The notes under the pieces are model-generated. The model made no database searches, was not told where the DNA came from, and saw only the letters and a program-made list of their open reading frames with translations. Below, piece after piece: positions 45,802 through 53,646 of a DNA stretch of 64,000 nt. Where the stretch lies: assembly GCA_934757865.1 (NCBI GenBank), contig CAKVLS010000002.1, forward strand, positions 102,973 through 166,972. Reading direction: 5' to 3'. The stretch is from an uncultured Clostridia bacterium. Its GTDB lineage: Bacteria > Bacillota > Clostridia > Christensenellales > UBA1242. A program made the translations under genes and the position numbers. Position 1 is the stretch's first letter; every line of letters begins with the position of its first letter.

Positions 45802-45852
45802 TTTGACTTTCTTTGACCTTTATATTTTATCATCTATAATCTATATAGTCAA
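45802..45852 (-). promoter_or_regulatory. ctsR-clpC promoter with a perfect CtsR operator
   Basis: Minus strand: TTGACT (45852-45847), 17 nt, TAAAAT (45829-45824). The tandem heptad GGTCAAA-GAA-AGTCAAA follows at 45818-45802 and matches the CtsR box (A/G)GTCAAA-NAN-(A/G)GTCAAA. Confidence 0.75.
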
Positions 45853-46058
45853 ATATTTTGAATAACCTTTTCTTTTTGCGCCCCAAATATTACAAAAAAC
45901 ATAAAAACTACTCTATTTTCTCAAATTATTCAAAGATTTAATATGCATTATACTATACTAGTTTTTAGGGTTGTCAAAATATTTTTAGAAGTCTCAAGAG
46001 TTTGTTTGTCCCAAAAAGGTCTCCCCTACTTGGCTTTGTAATATTTAGTTAATTTTAT

Positions 46059-46098
46059 CGAATATTTGTTTGATAAATTACCTAATATGCTATATAAT
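46059..46098 (+). promoter_or_regulatory. dinB promoter with overlapping SOS (Cheo)-box-like site
   Basis: CGAATATTTGTTTG (46059-46072) matches CGAAC-N4-GTTCG-type LexA boxes at 12/14 positions. It overlaps the -35 TTGATA (46070-46075); 17 nt later comes TATAAT (46093-46098). Confidence 0.35.
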
Positions 46099-46140
46099 GT
46101 ATATGAAAATAAGACGCACATAAATGAGTAAAGGGGACAA

Positions 46141-47361
46141 ATGGATAGAGTTATTTTGCACTGTGATCTTAATAATTTTTACGCCTCAGTTGAGTGTTTG
46201 AGACACCCAGAGCTAAAAGGCAAACCTGTCGCTGTTTCTGGCAATCCTAAGACTAGAACGGGCATTATTCTTGCCAAAAACACTTTAGCCAAGTCTTATG
46301 GAGTATCTACCGGAGACACTATTTGGAAGGCTCGTCAAAAATGTCCCGACCTTATTTGTGTAAGCCCTCACCACGAAGAATATACTAGGTATTCCAAAAT
46401 GGTTAGAGATATATACCTTAGATTTACCGACAGGGTTGAGCCTTTTGGTCCTGATGAGTGTTGGCTAGATGTCACTCACAGCACCAAACTTTTTGGCTCA
46501 GGCAAACAAATAGCCGACACCCTTAGAGAAACGGTCAAAAAAGAAATAGGTCTTACTATATCCGTAGGCGTTAGCTTTTGCAAAATGTTTGCTAAACTTG
46601 GCAGCGACCTCAAAAAACCTGACGCCACAACCGAGATTACTAAGGAAAATTTTAGACAAGTGGTTTGGCCACTGCCTGCTAGCAGCCTTATGTATATCGG
46701 CAGACATCGTGAGCAAACGCTAAAAAAGTTAAATATTAACACATGTAGAGATTTAGCGTACGCTGACGAAAAGGTGCTAACCCACTACTTCGGCATCAAT
46801 GGTAAAGAGATTGTCGATATAGCAAGAGGTTTGGACAAGAGCGAAGTCGCGCTATATGGAGATAACGCCGAGGTCAAAAGCATCGGCAATGGCACAACTG
46901 CAATACATGATATCACAAGTAGAGATGAGTTTAACAAAATAACATACTACCTATGTGATAGCGTTATGACCCGTATGAGAAAGAAGATGTTTGCCGCACA
47001 GACTCTTACCTTATCAATAAAAGATAGCGACCTAAGCTGGGTATCATATAGCAAATCTTACACTAGCCCAATATCTAACACAAAAGATATGTACGAAAAA
47101 GCCTGCGCCCTATACGAAAAGAACTGGAAAACTCTCAAACCTATAAGGGCGGTAAGAGTTGCATGCTCTAATCTCATAAATGACAGCTCTTCTTTTCAGT
47201 TTGATATGTTCACAAGCGAAAAGGTAACAAAAAAAAAACAAAACGAAGAAAAAAGCATAGACAAAGTGCGTGAAAAGTACGGTGCTAATGGCATAAAAAA
47301 AGCACTTCTTATGGACACCGACAACCTTATTAGAACAACAAGTGATGACGAGTTTTATTAG
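46141..47361 (+). CDS. dinB: Y-family DNA polymerase IV
   Basis: 'ILHCDLNNFYASVE', 'KPVAVSG', and the 'SIDE-like' palm/finger motifs ('PFGPDECWLDVT', 'ISVGVSFCKMFAKLGSDLKKPD'). Confidence 0.9.
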   Translation: MDRVILHCDLNNFYASVECLRHPELKGKPVAVSGNPKTRTGIILAKNTLAKSYGVSTGDTIWKARQKCPDLICVSPHHEEYTRYSKMVRDIYLRFTDRVEPFGPDECWLDVTHSTKLFGSGKQIADTLRETVKKEIGLTISVGVSFCKMFAKLGSDLKKPDATTEITKENFRQVVWPLPASSLMYIGRHREQTLKKLNINTCRDLAYADEKVLTHYFGINGKEIVDIARGLDKSEVALYGDNAEVKSIGNGTTAIHDITSRDEFNKITYYLCDSVMTRMRKKMFAAQTLTLSIKDSDLSWVSYSKSYTSPISNTKDMYEKACALYEKNWKTLKPIRAVRVACSNLINDSSSFQFDMFTSEKVTKKKQNEEKSIDKVREKYGANGIKKALLMDTDNLIRTTSDDEFY

Positions 47362-47470
47362 TTTTCTTAGCAAAAAGTTTTAGCAAAAAGTTAAAAATGA
47401 TAAGTAAAAAGTAATAAATAATAAGTAATAAATAATAATCAATGATAACGAGTAATGATAAAATGTAACA

Positions 47471-47500
47471 AAAAAAGCAGCAATTAACTTGCTGCTTTTT
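47471..47500. terminator. bidirectional rho-independent terminator
   Basis: AAGCAGCAA-ttaac-TTGCTGCTT with A-run and T-run flanks. Confidence 0.75.
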
Positions 47501-47676
47501 AATTTATTTTTAATCTATTTTAATTTATTTTTTGTTTATCTTAACTGATTTTCTAACTCTTCACTTATTATTAACACAAAATATTTTTACATATATTCAT
47601 CATATTAGCCACTGACTTGTGACTTGCAATAATATTACTTAATACTTCAATAATTATTGTGTTATTACACAAGTTT

Positions 47677-48543
47677 TTATCTGCATTTTGCTCTAAATAT
47701 AAGAGCCAAAGTTCCTGGTCCACAGTGAGTACCGATGATAGGTCCTACTGGTTGAATCCATACATTGCTATCATCACCAACTATTGCAACAACGGCTTCT
47801 TTTAGAGCCTTTGCCTCTTCTTCCATCATAGAATGCATTATTATGATAGGATAATCAGCCACTGCCTCGCCATTTTCTTTCATTTTTTGAACAAGGGCAT
47901 TGATAGCACCAGCTTTACCTCTTACGGTGCCGACTTTTACAAGTTTACCATCTTCACCTTGTTTTAGAAGTGGTTTGATACCAAGTAGTGTGCCACCGAT
48001 AGCTGTTGCGGTAGATATTCTTCCGCCTCTTTTTAGGAAGAACAAATCATTAACAACAAAGTAGCAAGCTACTTTTTGTTTCATAGTTTCAAGGTATTCT
48101 TTTACTGCCTCCAAACTGTCGCCAGCTTTTAGTTTTTTGCAAGCATCATAAACAAGCACGCCAGCTTGCATAGTTACACCTAGTGTGTCCACTACCAAAA
48201 ACTTACGCTCTGGATACTTAAGAAGTAGTCTATCAACTAGCGAGTCCATACAATTAAATGTCGAGGTCATAGCTCCTGAAAAGTGAATAAAGAATATGTC
48301 AGAACCTTTTTTCAAAATTTCTTCAAAAAACTCTTCCAAAACAAATTCGTTAATCAAAGATGTTGATGGAACAGCACCATTTTTTAGTTTGGTGTAGTAC
48401 TCGTCAAAGTCCTCAGGTTTTTCAAGAGGTTTCTCTTGCTCTTCTCCGTCAAGAAGAAATGGAAATCTCAAAACTTTAACGCCAAGCTCTTGGGCTTGAT
48501 CCTTCCATAAATCGCACGCAGAATCGCATACAACAGTGTACAT
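47677..48543 (-). CDS. DegV-family fatty-acid-binding protein
   Basis: 'VVCDSACDL' N-terminus and DegV-type length and architecture. Confidence 0.8.
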   Translation of the reverse strand: MYTVVCDSACDLWKDQAQELGVKVLRFPFLLDGEEQEKPLEKPEDFDEYYTKLKNGAVPSTSLINEFVLEEFFEEILKKGSDIFFIHFSGAMTSTFNCMDSLVDRLLLKYPERKFLVVDTLGVTMQAGVLVYDACKKLKAGDSLEAVKEYLETMKQKVACYFVVNDLFFLKRGGRISTATAIGGTLLGIKPLLKQGEDGKLVKVGTVRGKAGAINALVQKMKENGEAVADYPIIIMHSMMEEEAKALKEAVVAIVGDDSNVWIQPVGPIIGTHCGPGTLALIFRAKCR

Positions 48544-48568
48544 AAATTACTCCTTTTTTATAAATCCA

Positions 48569-50053
48569 CTATTTCATTAGTGGGAACAAAATTGCATCTC
48601 TAATATTAGGCAAGTCAAAAATGAATTGCATAAATCTATCGATACCAAATCCAAGACCTGAGATAGGTGGCATACCGTGTTCCATAGATAGTAGGAAGTC
48701 CTCATCTAGGTCCATAGCCTCTTCTTCGCCTTGTGATTTTTCTTCAAGTTGTTTTTCTAGTAGTTTTCTTTGCAAAATAGGGTCAACTAGTTCAGAATAT
48801 GCTTTTACTAATTCTGCTCCACCTGCTACTACTTGGAAAACATCTATTATTCTATCGTCTTTGTCATTTCTTCTAGCTAGAGGTATAAGCTCTGCTGGGT
48901 AGTTATAGATGATAGTTGGGTTAACGATACCCTCTCTAATCTTACGCTTGTAAATGTAGTCAATGATAGTTCTTACAGTCTTGCACTCTTCAAGGTCGGC
49001 ATAAGTATAAACGCCTGCCTCGACAACTTTTTTCTTAAACTCGTTAACATCATGCTCGTCCAAAAAGTCAAAGCCCAAAATCTTGTTCATTTCTTCTACA
49101 TAGTTAACTCTTGGCCACTCGCTATCAAACTCAATCTCGTTGCCTTGGAAGGTAATCTTTGTTGTGCCAAGACACTCTTTTAGCATTTTGATAATCATAT
49201 CATGGAAGAAAACTATATTGTTCTCAAAGTTCCAATAACTAGCATACCACTCAACTTGAGTGAACTCTTGTAAATGTGATGGGTCGATACCCTCATTTCT
49301 AAAGTCTTTGCCTAGTTCAAATACTCTATCAAAGCCCGCAGAAATACATTGTTTTAGCCATGTTTCGGTAGCTATTCTTAGATTGCACTCCATATCTAGT
49401 GCGTTGTGGTGTGTGAAGAAAGGTCTTGCACTTGCACCTGATACACTGGTTTGAAGTACAGGAGTTTCAACTTCCAAAAATCCATTATCTTCTAGATATC
49501 TTCTAATAAAAGATACCATCTTGCTACGAGTGATAAATACTTGTCTTGACTTTTCGTTAGAGATAAGGTCAAGGTATCTTTGACGGTATTTTTGCTCGGT
49601 ATCAGTAAGTCCATGGAACTTCTCAGGAAGTGGTCTTAGTGTCTTAGAAAGTAACTCTACAGAATAAGCCTTAACTGTAAGCTCGCCAGTTTGGGTTGTG
49701 TATAGCTCGCCCTCAACACCTACAAAATCGCCAATGTCTATCATCTTTTTGTAGAAGGTATATTGCTCTTCGCTAAGTTCGTTGATACCAACGCTAACTT
49801 GGATACTGCCCATAAGGTCAGATATTTTCATAAAGCCGAATTTGCCCATTACTCTTCTAAAAATAATTCTGCCGCAAAGTCTAACTTTGGTGCCGACAGG
49901 AAGTTCACGAGCCTCAGCTATAGTGTTAGTTCTGTCAAACTTTTCTTTATAAGGAATTTGACCATCTTGGCGTAGTTGGTCAATCTTACTTTTTCTAATA
50001 TCTATCTCGTTAGATAGACCTTCAAAATTTGGATTGTTTTTTTGTTGTTCCAT
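48569..50053 (-). CDS. lysS: lysine--tRNA ligase (class II)
   Basis: OB anticodon-binding N-domain ('VRLCGRIIFRRVMGKFGFMKISD'). Class II motifs are 'FRNEG', 'EFTQVEWY' and 'GLGFGIDRF'. Start at ATG 50053 (MEQQKNN) after AAAGGAAA; the ORF-track TTG at 50101 lies inside the promoter. Confidence 0.9.
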   Translation of the reverse strand: MEQQKNNPNFEGLSNEIDIRKSKIDQLRQDGQIPYKEKFDRTNTIAEARELPVGTKVRLCGRIIFRRVMGKFGFMKISDLMGSIQVSVGINELSEEQYTFYKKMIDIGDFVGVEGELYTTQTGELTVKAYSVELLSKTLRPLPEKFHGLTDTEQKYRQRYLDLISNEKSRQVFITRSKMVSFIRRYLEDNGFLEVETPVLQTSVSGASARPFFTHHNALDMECNLRIATETWLKQCISAGFDRVFELGKDFRNEGIDPSHLQEFTQVEWYASYWNFENNIVFFHDMIIKMLKECLGTTKITFQGNEIEFDSEWPRVNYVEEMNKILGFDFLDEHDVNEFKKKVVEAGVYTYADLEECKTVRTIIDYIYKRKIREGIVNPTIIYNYPAELIPLARRNDKDDRIIDVFQVVAGGAELVKAYSELVDPILQRKLLEKQLEEKSQGEEEAMDLDEDFLLSMEHGMPPISGLGFGIDRFMQFIFDLPNIRDAILFPLMK

Positions 50054-50082
50054 TTGAAATTTCCTTTTATATTTACCCTTGT

Positions 50083-50111
50083 ATAATATCATATTTAGCA
50101 AAGCTTTTCAA
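50083..50111 (-). promoter_or_regulatory. lysS sigma-A-type promoter
   Basis: Minus strand: TTGAAA (50111-50106), 17 nt, TATTAT (50088-50083). Confidence 0.45.
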
Positions 50112-50142
50112 CTAATTTTAGACAAAAGCCGCAATTTTCGGT

Positions 50143-50187
50143 CAAAAATAAAAAAACGATATAGCCAACATTTTGTGCTATATCGTT
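50143..50187 (-). terminator. rho-independent terminator after the transglycosylase gene
   Basis: Perfect 11-bp stem AACGATATAGC / GCTATATCGTT (50155-50187), followed on the minus strand by TTTTTTTATTTTT. Confidence 0.8.
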
Positions 50188-50303
50188 GCAACAAAATACT
50201 GACTAAAACTATTTAGCCTTGTGTTTTTTATTGCATTTTTTTATATTTGTAATTATCATAAATTTCCTTTGCTGATTTCATTATACACAAAACACATACT
50301 TTG

Positions 50304-50861
50304 TCAATTATTTAATTTATTTTCATATATGCTTTTTGAAGATATAACATTTTTTACATAATTTTCAGTTTCTTTGTATGGAATTTTTATAAGAGTTTTT
50401 CCGTCCTTAGAGTACTCTTCATTTTTTAGCCAGCGCATGACTACCCCTTCGCCTGCATTGTAACTTGCAAGAGTGGTTTTTTCGTCACTAAATTTATTAA
50501 ACAAATAATCAAGGTAACAGCACCCAAGTTTGATATTAGTATCACTATCAGTTAGCATCTCTGTATCTAACTTTTCGCCAAGATAATCTGCCATATATAG
50601 AGCCGTCTCAGGTTTTAGTTGCATAAGCCCCACAGCACCTTTTCTAGATACAGCATTTTTATCAAAACCGCTTTCGCTATTGATAACGCTAGCAACAAGT
50701 GATGGGCTAAGATTAAACTCACTTGAATACTTCAAAATGCTATCTTTGTATTTGAGCGGATAGGTACAAATGTTGTACACAAGTAGCACCGCAACAAATG
50801 ACAAAATAACGCTTAGCACTATTGTAAATGTCAAAAAAATATTTTTTTCTTGTCTTTCCAT
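50304..50861 (-). CDS. membrane-anchored lytic transglycosylase (SLT domain)
   Basis: N-terminal TM helix. SLT motifs are 'NSESGF', 'GAVGLMQL' and 'ASYNAGEG'. Confidence 0.8.
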   Translation of the reverse strand: MERQEKNIFLTFTIVLSVILSFVAVLLVYNICTYPLKYKDSILKYSSEFNLSPSLVASVINSESGFDKNAVSRKGAVGLMQLKPETALYMADYLGEKLDTEMLTDSDTNIKLGCCYLDYLFNKFSDEKTTLASYNAGEGVVMRWLKNEEYSKDGKTLIKIPYKETENYVKNVISSKSIYENKLNN

Positions 50862-50928
50862 ACTTTTAGTGTATGCATTTTGCGTTATTTATATCAAAAA
50901 AAGGCACTATATTAGTACCTTTTTTGTT

Positions 50929-53472
50929 TTATTTGCACTCAAACCAGTCTTTGCCCATGTTGACATCTACAACAAGTGGAACATTTAGCTTAATAACATT
51001 TTCCATAGCGTCTTTTAATAGGTTCACTATTGCGTTTATCTCATCAGGAGCGGTGTCTACGATTAGCTCATCGTGTATTTGAAGTATAAGTTTACTCTTT
51101 AGATTTCGCTCTTTTAGTCTTCTGTCAACCTCAACCATAGCAAGTTTGATTATGTCGCTAGCTGTGCCTTGAAGTGGCATATTCATACTAGCTCTCTCGC
51201 TAAACTTACGCATATTGTAGTTAGAAGAGTTAATATCTGGTATACGGCGTCTACGGTTAAGAAGAGTCTTAACATATCCATGCTCTTTAGCAAAGGCTAT
51301 ATTGCCATCAGTGTATTTTTTAACCCCCGGAAATCTTTCAAAATATGTTTCAATATATTGTTTAGCAATGTATACCGGACAACCGATATTTTCTGCAAGT
51401 CCATACTCGCTGATACCATACACGATACCAAAGTTTACAGCCTTTGCATCTCTACGCATTTGAGGGGTAACATCTGCAAACGGAACACCAAAAACTTCGC
51501 TAGCTGTCTGCATATGAATATCTTGACCTGTTCTGTATGCGTTGATAAGATTTTCGTCTCCGCAAAAATGTGCAAGTAGTCTAAGTTCTATTTGTGAATA
51601 GTCTGCTGAGATTATATATCTATCTTCACTACTTGGGACAAACATTTTTCTAAGGGCTTTACCCTCTTCTGTCCTTGTAGGAATATTTTGAAGATTTGGT
51701 TCTATCGAACTTAGTCTACCGGTAGAAGTTAGCATTTGCTTAAACTCTGTATGAATAATATCTTCGTCCCTTGTCATAACCTCAAATGGGTCAATATATG
51801 TGCTAACAAGTTTTTGAAGTTTGCGGTAACGCATAATCATAGCAACTATTGGGTGTTGGTCAAAAATTTCTTCTAACACCTCTACACTAGTAGAGCCCTT
51901 TTTGCCCTTATGTTTTAGTCCAAGGTCATCAAAAAGAAGTTTCGCAACTTGTTTAGGAGACTGAATATTAAACTCATAACCGGCTAGGTCATAAATAATT
52001 TTTTGAATGTCAGTTATCTCTTTGCCATACTTGTCTTTTAGCTCAAATAACACTTTTCGGTCTATTCTAAAACCTGTCTTTTCCATATCAAAAAGCGTCA
52101 TTTCAAGTGGCAATTCTACATCATAATATAAATGCTCTTGCTCATTATCTCTTAGAGCCTGTTTGAATTTTTTTTCTAGTTCAAAATTGCTACATGCGAT
52201 ATACTCACTATCTTGATTATTGCTAAGTAGCATATCTTGTATAGTTACCTTTTCGCCACCGCTTGTTATATAGTAAGCCAAAAGGTCATCAAATACTTTA
52301 CCATTTAGGCTAAAATACTTGCCGTACTTACGCAAAATTGTCTTGCGGTCGTTACAAATTTTGTAAATATTTTCGTCCTCAAAATATGGCTTAACATGGC
52401 TCAAAACATCTTCAAGGTCAAGTCCGTCACCAAAAAGATTTTTTTCTAGCACGCAAAAATTTTCTGTCACGCCGTCAACTGTGAAGTTAAATGTCTTATC
52501 TATCTCAAAGGCAATTACCTTTTGGACCCTAGCACCAATTAGTGCTTTATCTAGCTCGTCAAGAGTCTTTATTTCATTTTTGTGAAGCTCTTTTTTTTCC
52601 TTTATTTTGTTAGTGCCTGACACAAAAATATCATCTCTTTTGATAAGGCTATTAAAGTTGTATTGATTAAAAATTTCAAAGACTTTTTCGCTAAAAGGAA
52701 ACTCATAAGTATACTCATCAATATTGACATCTATATCAGCATTTACCTCTATTGTGGCAAGGCGTTTTGACAGCATAGCGATGTCATAAGAGCCCTCTAA
52801 CTTTTCCTTTAATTTACCCTTTTGGTCGTCTAGGTGCTCAAATACGCCCTCACATGAGCCGTACTTGTGCAAAAGGTCAAGAGCTGTCTTTTCTCCCACA
52901 CCTTTTACGCCCGGTATATTATCTGAGCTATCGCCCATTAGAGCTTTTAGGTCAATAAGTCTTTTTGGCTCCAAGCCATAGGTTTCAAAGAAGGTCTTAG
53001 TGTTCATTACGACAGTATCGGTTATACCTTTTTTGGTTAGCCAAACCTCTGTTGTATCGTTAATTAGTTGAAGGCTATCTTTATCTCCGGTAAGTATGAT
53101 TTTTTGGACATTTAGTTTGTTTGCGATAGTTCCTATAATATCGTCCGCCTCAATACCCTCTTGCTCAATATACTTAATGCCCATAGCTTCAAGCAATCTT
53201 TTTAGAATAGGAAATTGTGATTTTAGCTCAGGTGGAGTTGGCTTACGAGTGCCTTTATAATCAGCAAAAAGTTTGTTACGAAAAGTCTTTTTGCCATAGT
53301 CAAAAGCGACTACAATATGTGAGGGGTTAGCCTCGCTAATCATCTTAAGTAGCATAGTCGTAAAGCCGTAAACAGCATTAGAATATTCTCCGTCTTTATT
53401 AGACAAAAGCGGAAGTGCATAAAATGCTCTATTGATAAGGCTATTGCCATCTATAATCACTAATTTATCCAT
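50929..53472 (-). CDS. polA: DNA polymerase I
   Basis: 5'-nuclease N-terminus ('IIDGNSLINRAFYA', 'GDSSDNIPGVKGVGEKTA'). Polymerase motif A is 'SADYSQIELR', motif B 'RRDAKAVNFGIVYG', motif C 'LQIHDELIV'. Confidence 0.95.
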   Translation of the reverse strand: MDKLVIIDGNSLINRAFYALPLLSNKDGEYSNAVYGFTTMLLKMISEANPSHIVVAFDYGKKTFRNKLFADYKGTRKPTPPELKSQFPILKRLLEAMGIKYIEQEGIEADDIIGTIANKLNVQKIILTGDKDSLQLINDTTEVWLTKKGITDTVVMNTKTFFETYGLEPKRLIDLKALMGDSSDNIPGVKGVGEKTALDLLHKYGSCEGVFEHLDDQKGKLKEKLEGSYDIAMLSKRLATIEVNADIDVNIDEYTYEFPFSEKVFEIFNQYNFNSLIKRDDIFVSGTNKIKEKKELHKNEIKTLDELDKALIGARVQKVIAFEIDKTFNFTVDGVTENFCVLEKNLFGDGLDLEDVLSHVKPYFEDENIYKICNDRKTILRKYGKYFSLNGKVFDDLLAYYITSGGEKVTIQDMLLSNNQDSEYIACSNFELEKKFKQALRDNEQEHLYYDVELPLEMTLFDMEKTGFRIDRKVLFELKDKYGKEITDIQKIIYDLAGYEFNIQSPKQVAKLLFDDLGLKHKGKKGSTSVEVLEEIFDQHPIVAMIMRYRKLQKLVSTYIDPFEVMTRDEDIIHTEFKQMLTSTGRLSSIEPNLQNIPTRTEEGKALRKMFVPSSEDRYIISADYSQIELRLLAHFCGDENLINAYRTGQDIHMQTASEVFGVPFADVTPQMRRDAKAVNFGIVYGISEYGLAENIGCPVYIAKQYIETYFERFPGVKKYTDGNIAFAKEHGYVKTLLNRRRRIPDINSSNYNMRKFSERASMNMPLQGTASDIIKLAMVEVDRRLKERNLKSKLILQIHDELIVDTAPDEINAIVNLLKDAMENVIKLNVPLVVDVNMGKDWFECK

Positions 53473-53587
53473 AATTTTCTCCTAATTTGATTATATACTA
53501 AATATAAAAATATAACAATCAAAATTAAAAAATTACTTGTACCAAAAAATCATCAAGCAAATTCTCCTAGTTATTTTTCCCAAAAAC

Positions 53588-53620
53588 AAAAAAGCACATA
53601 TTAAATGTGCTCTTTTTTAT
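53588..53620 (-). terminator. rho-independent terminator after the P-type ATPase gene
   Basis: AGCACAT-attaa-ATGTGCT hairpin with T-runs on both readings. Confidence 0.7.
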
Positions 53621-53646
53621 TTTATTTTTGTGCCACAAATAGTCTT

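Noticed and set aside
47229-47238. A10 homopolymer in the 3' part of dinB as a phase-variation switch
   Set aside because: It encodes a KKK run about 40 codons from the stop. Slippage would only alter the non-conserved tail. A-runs are common in this AT-rich genome.
47362-47676. Short tandem repeat AGTAATAAATAATA x2 and ATGATAA triplets between dinB and the DegV gene
   Set aside because: This is low-complexity AT-rich spacer between convergent genes that already contains a clear bidirectional terminator. There is no evidence of function.
50054-50303. T-box or other riboswitch leader upstream of lysS
   Set aside because: The 250-bp gap is explained by a strong terminator of the upstream gene plus a TTGAAA-17-TATTAT promoter about 30 nt from the SD. 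No specifier-loop or T-box consensus is visible and the leader is too short.
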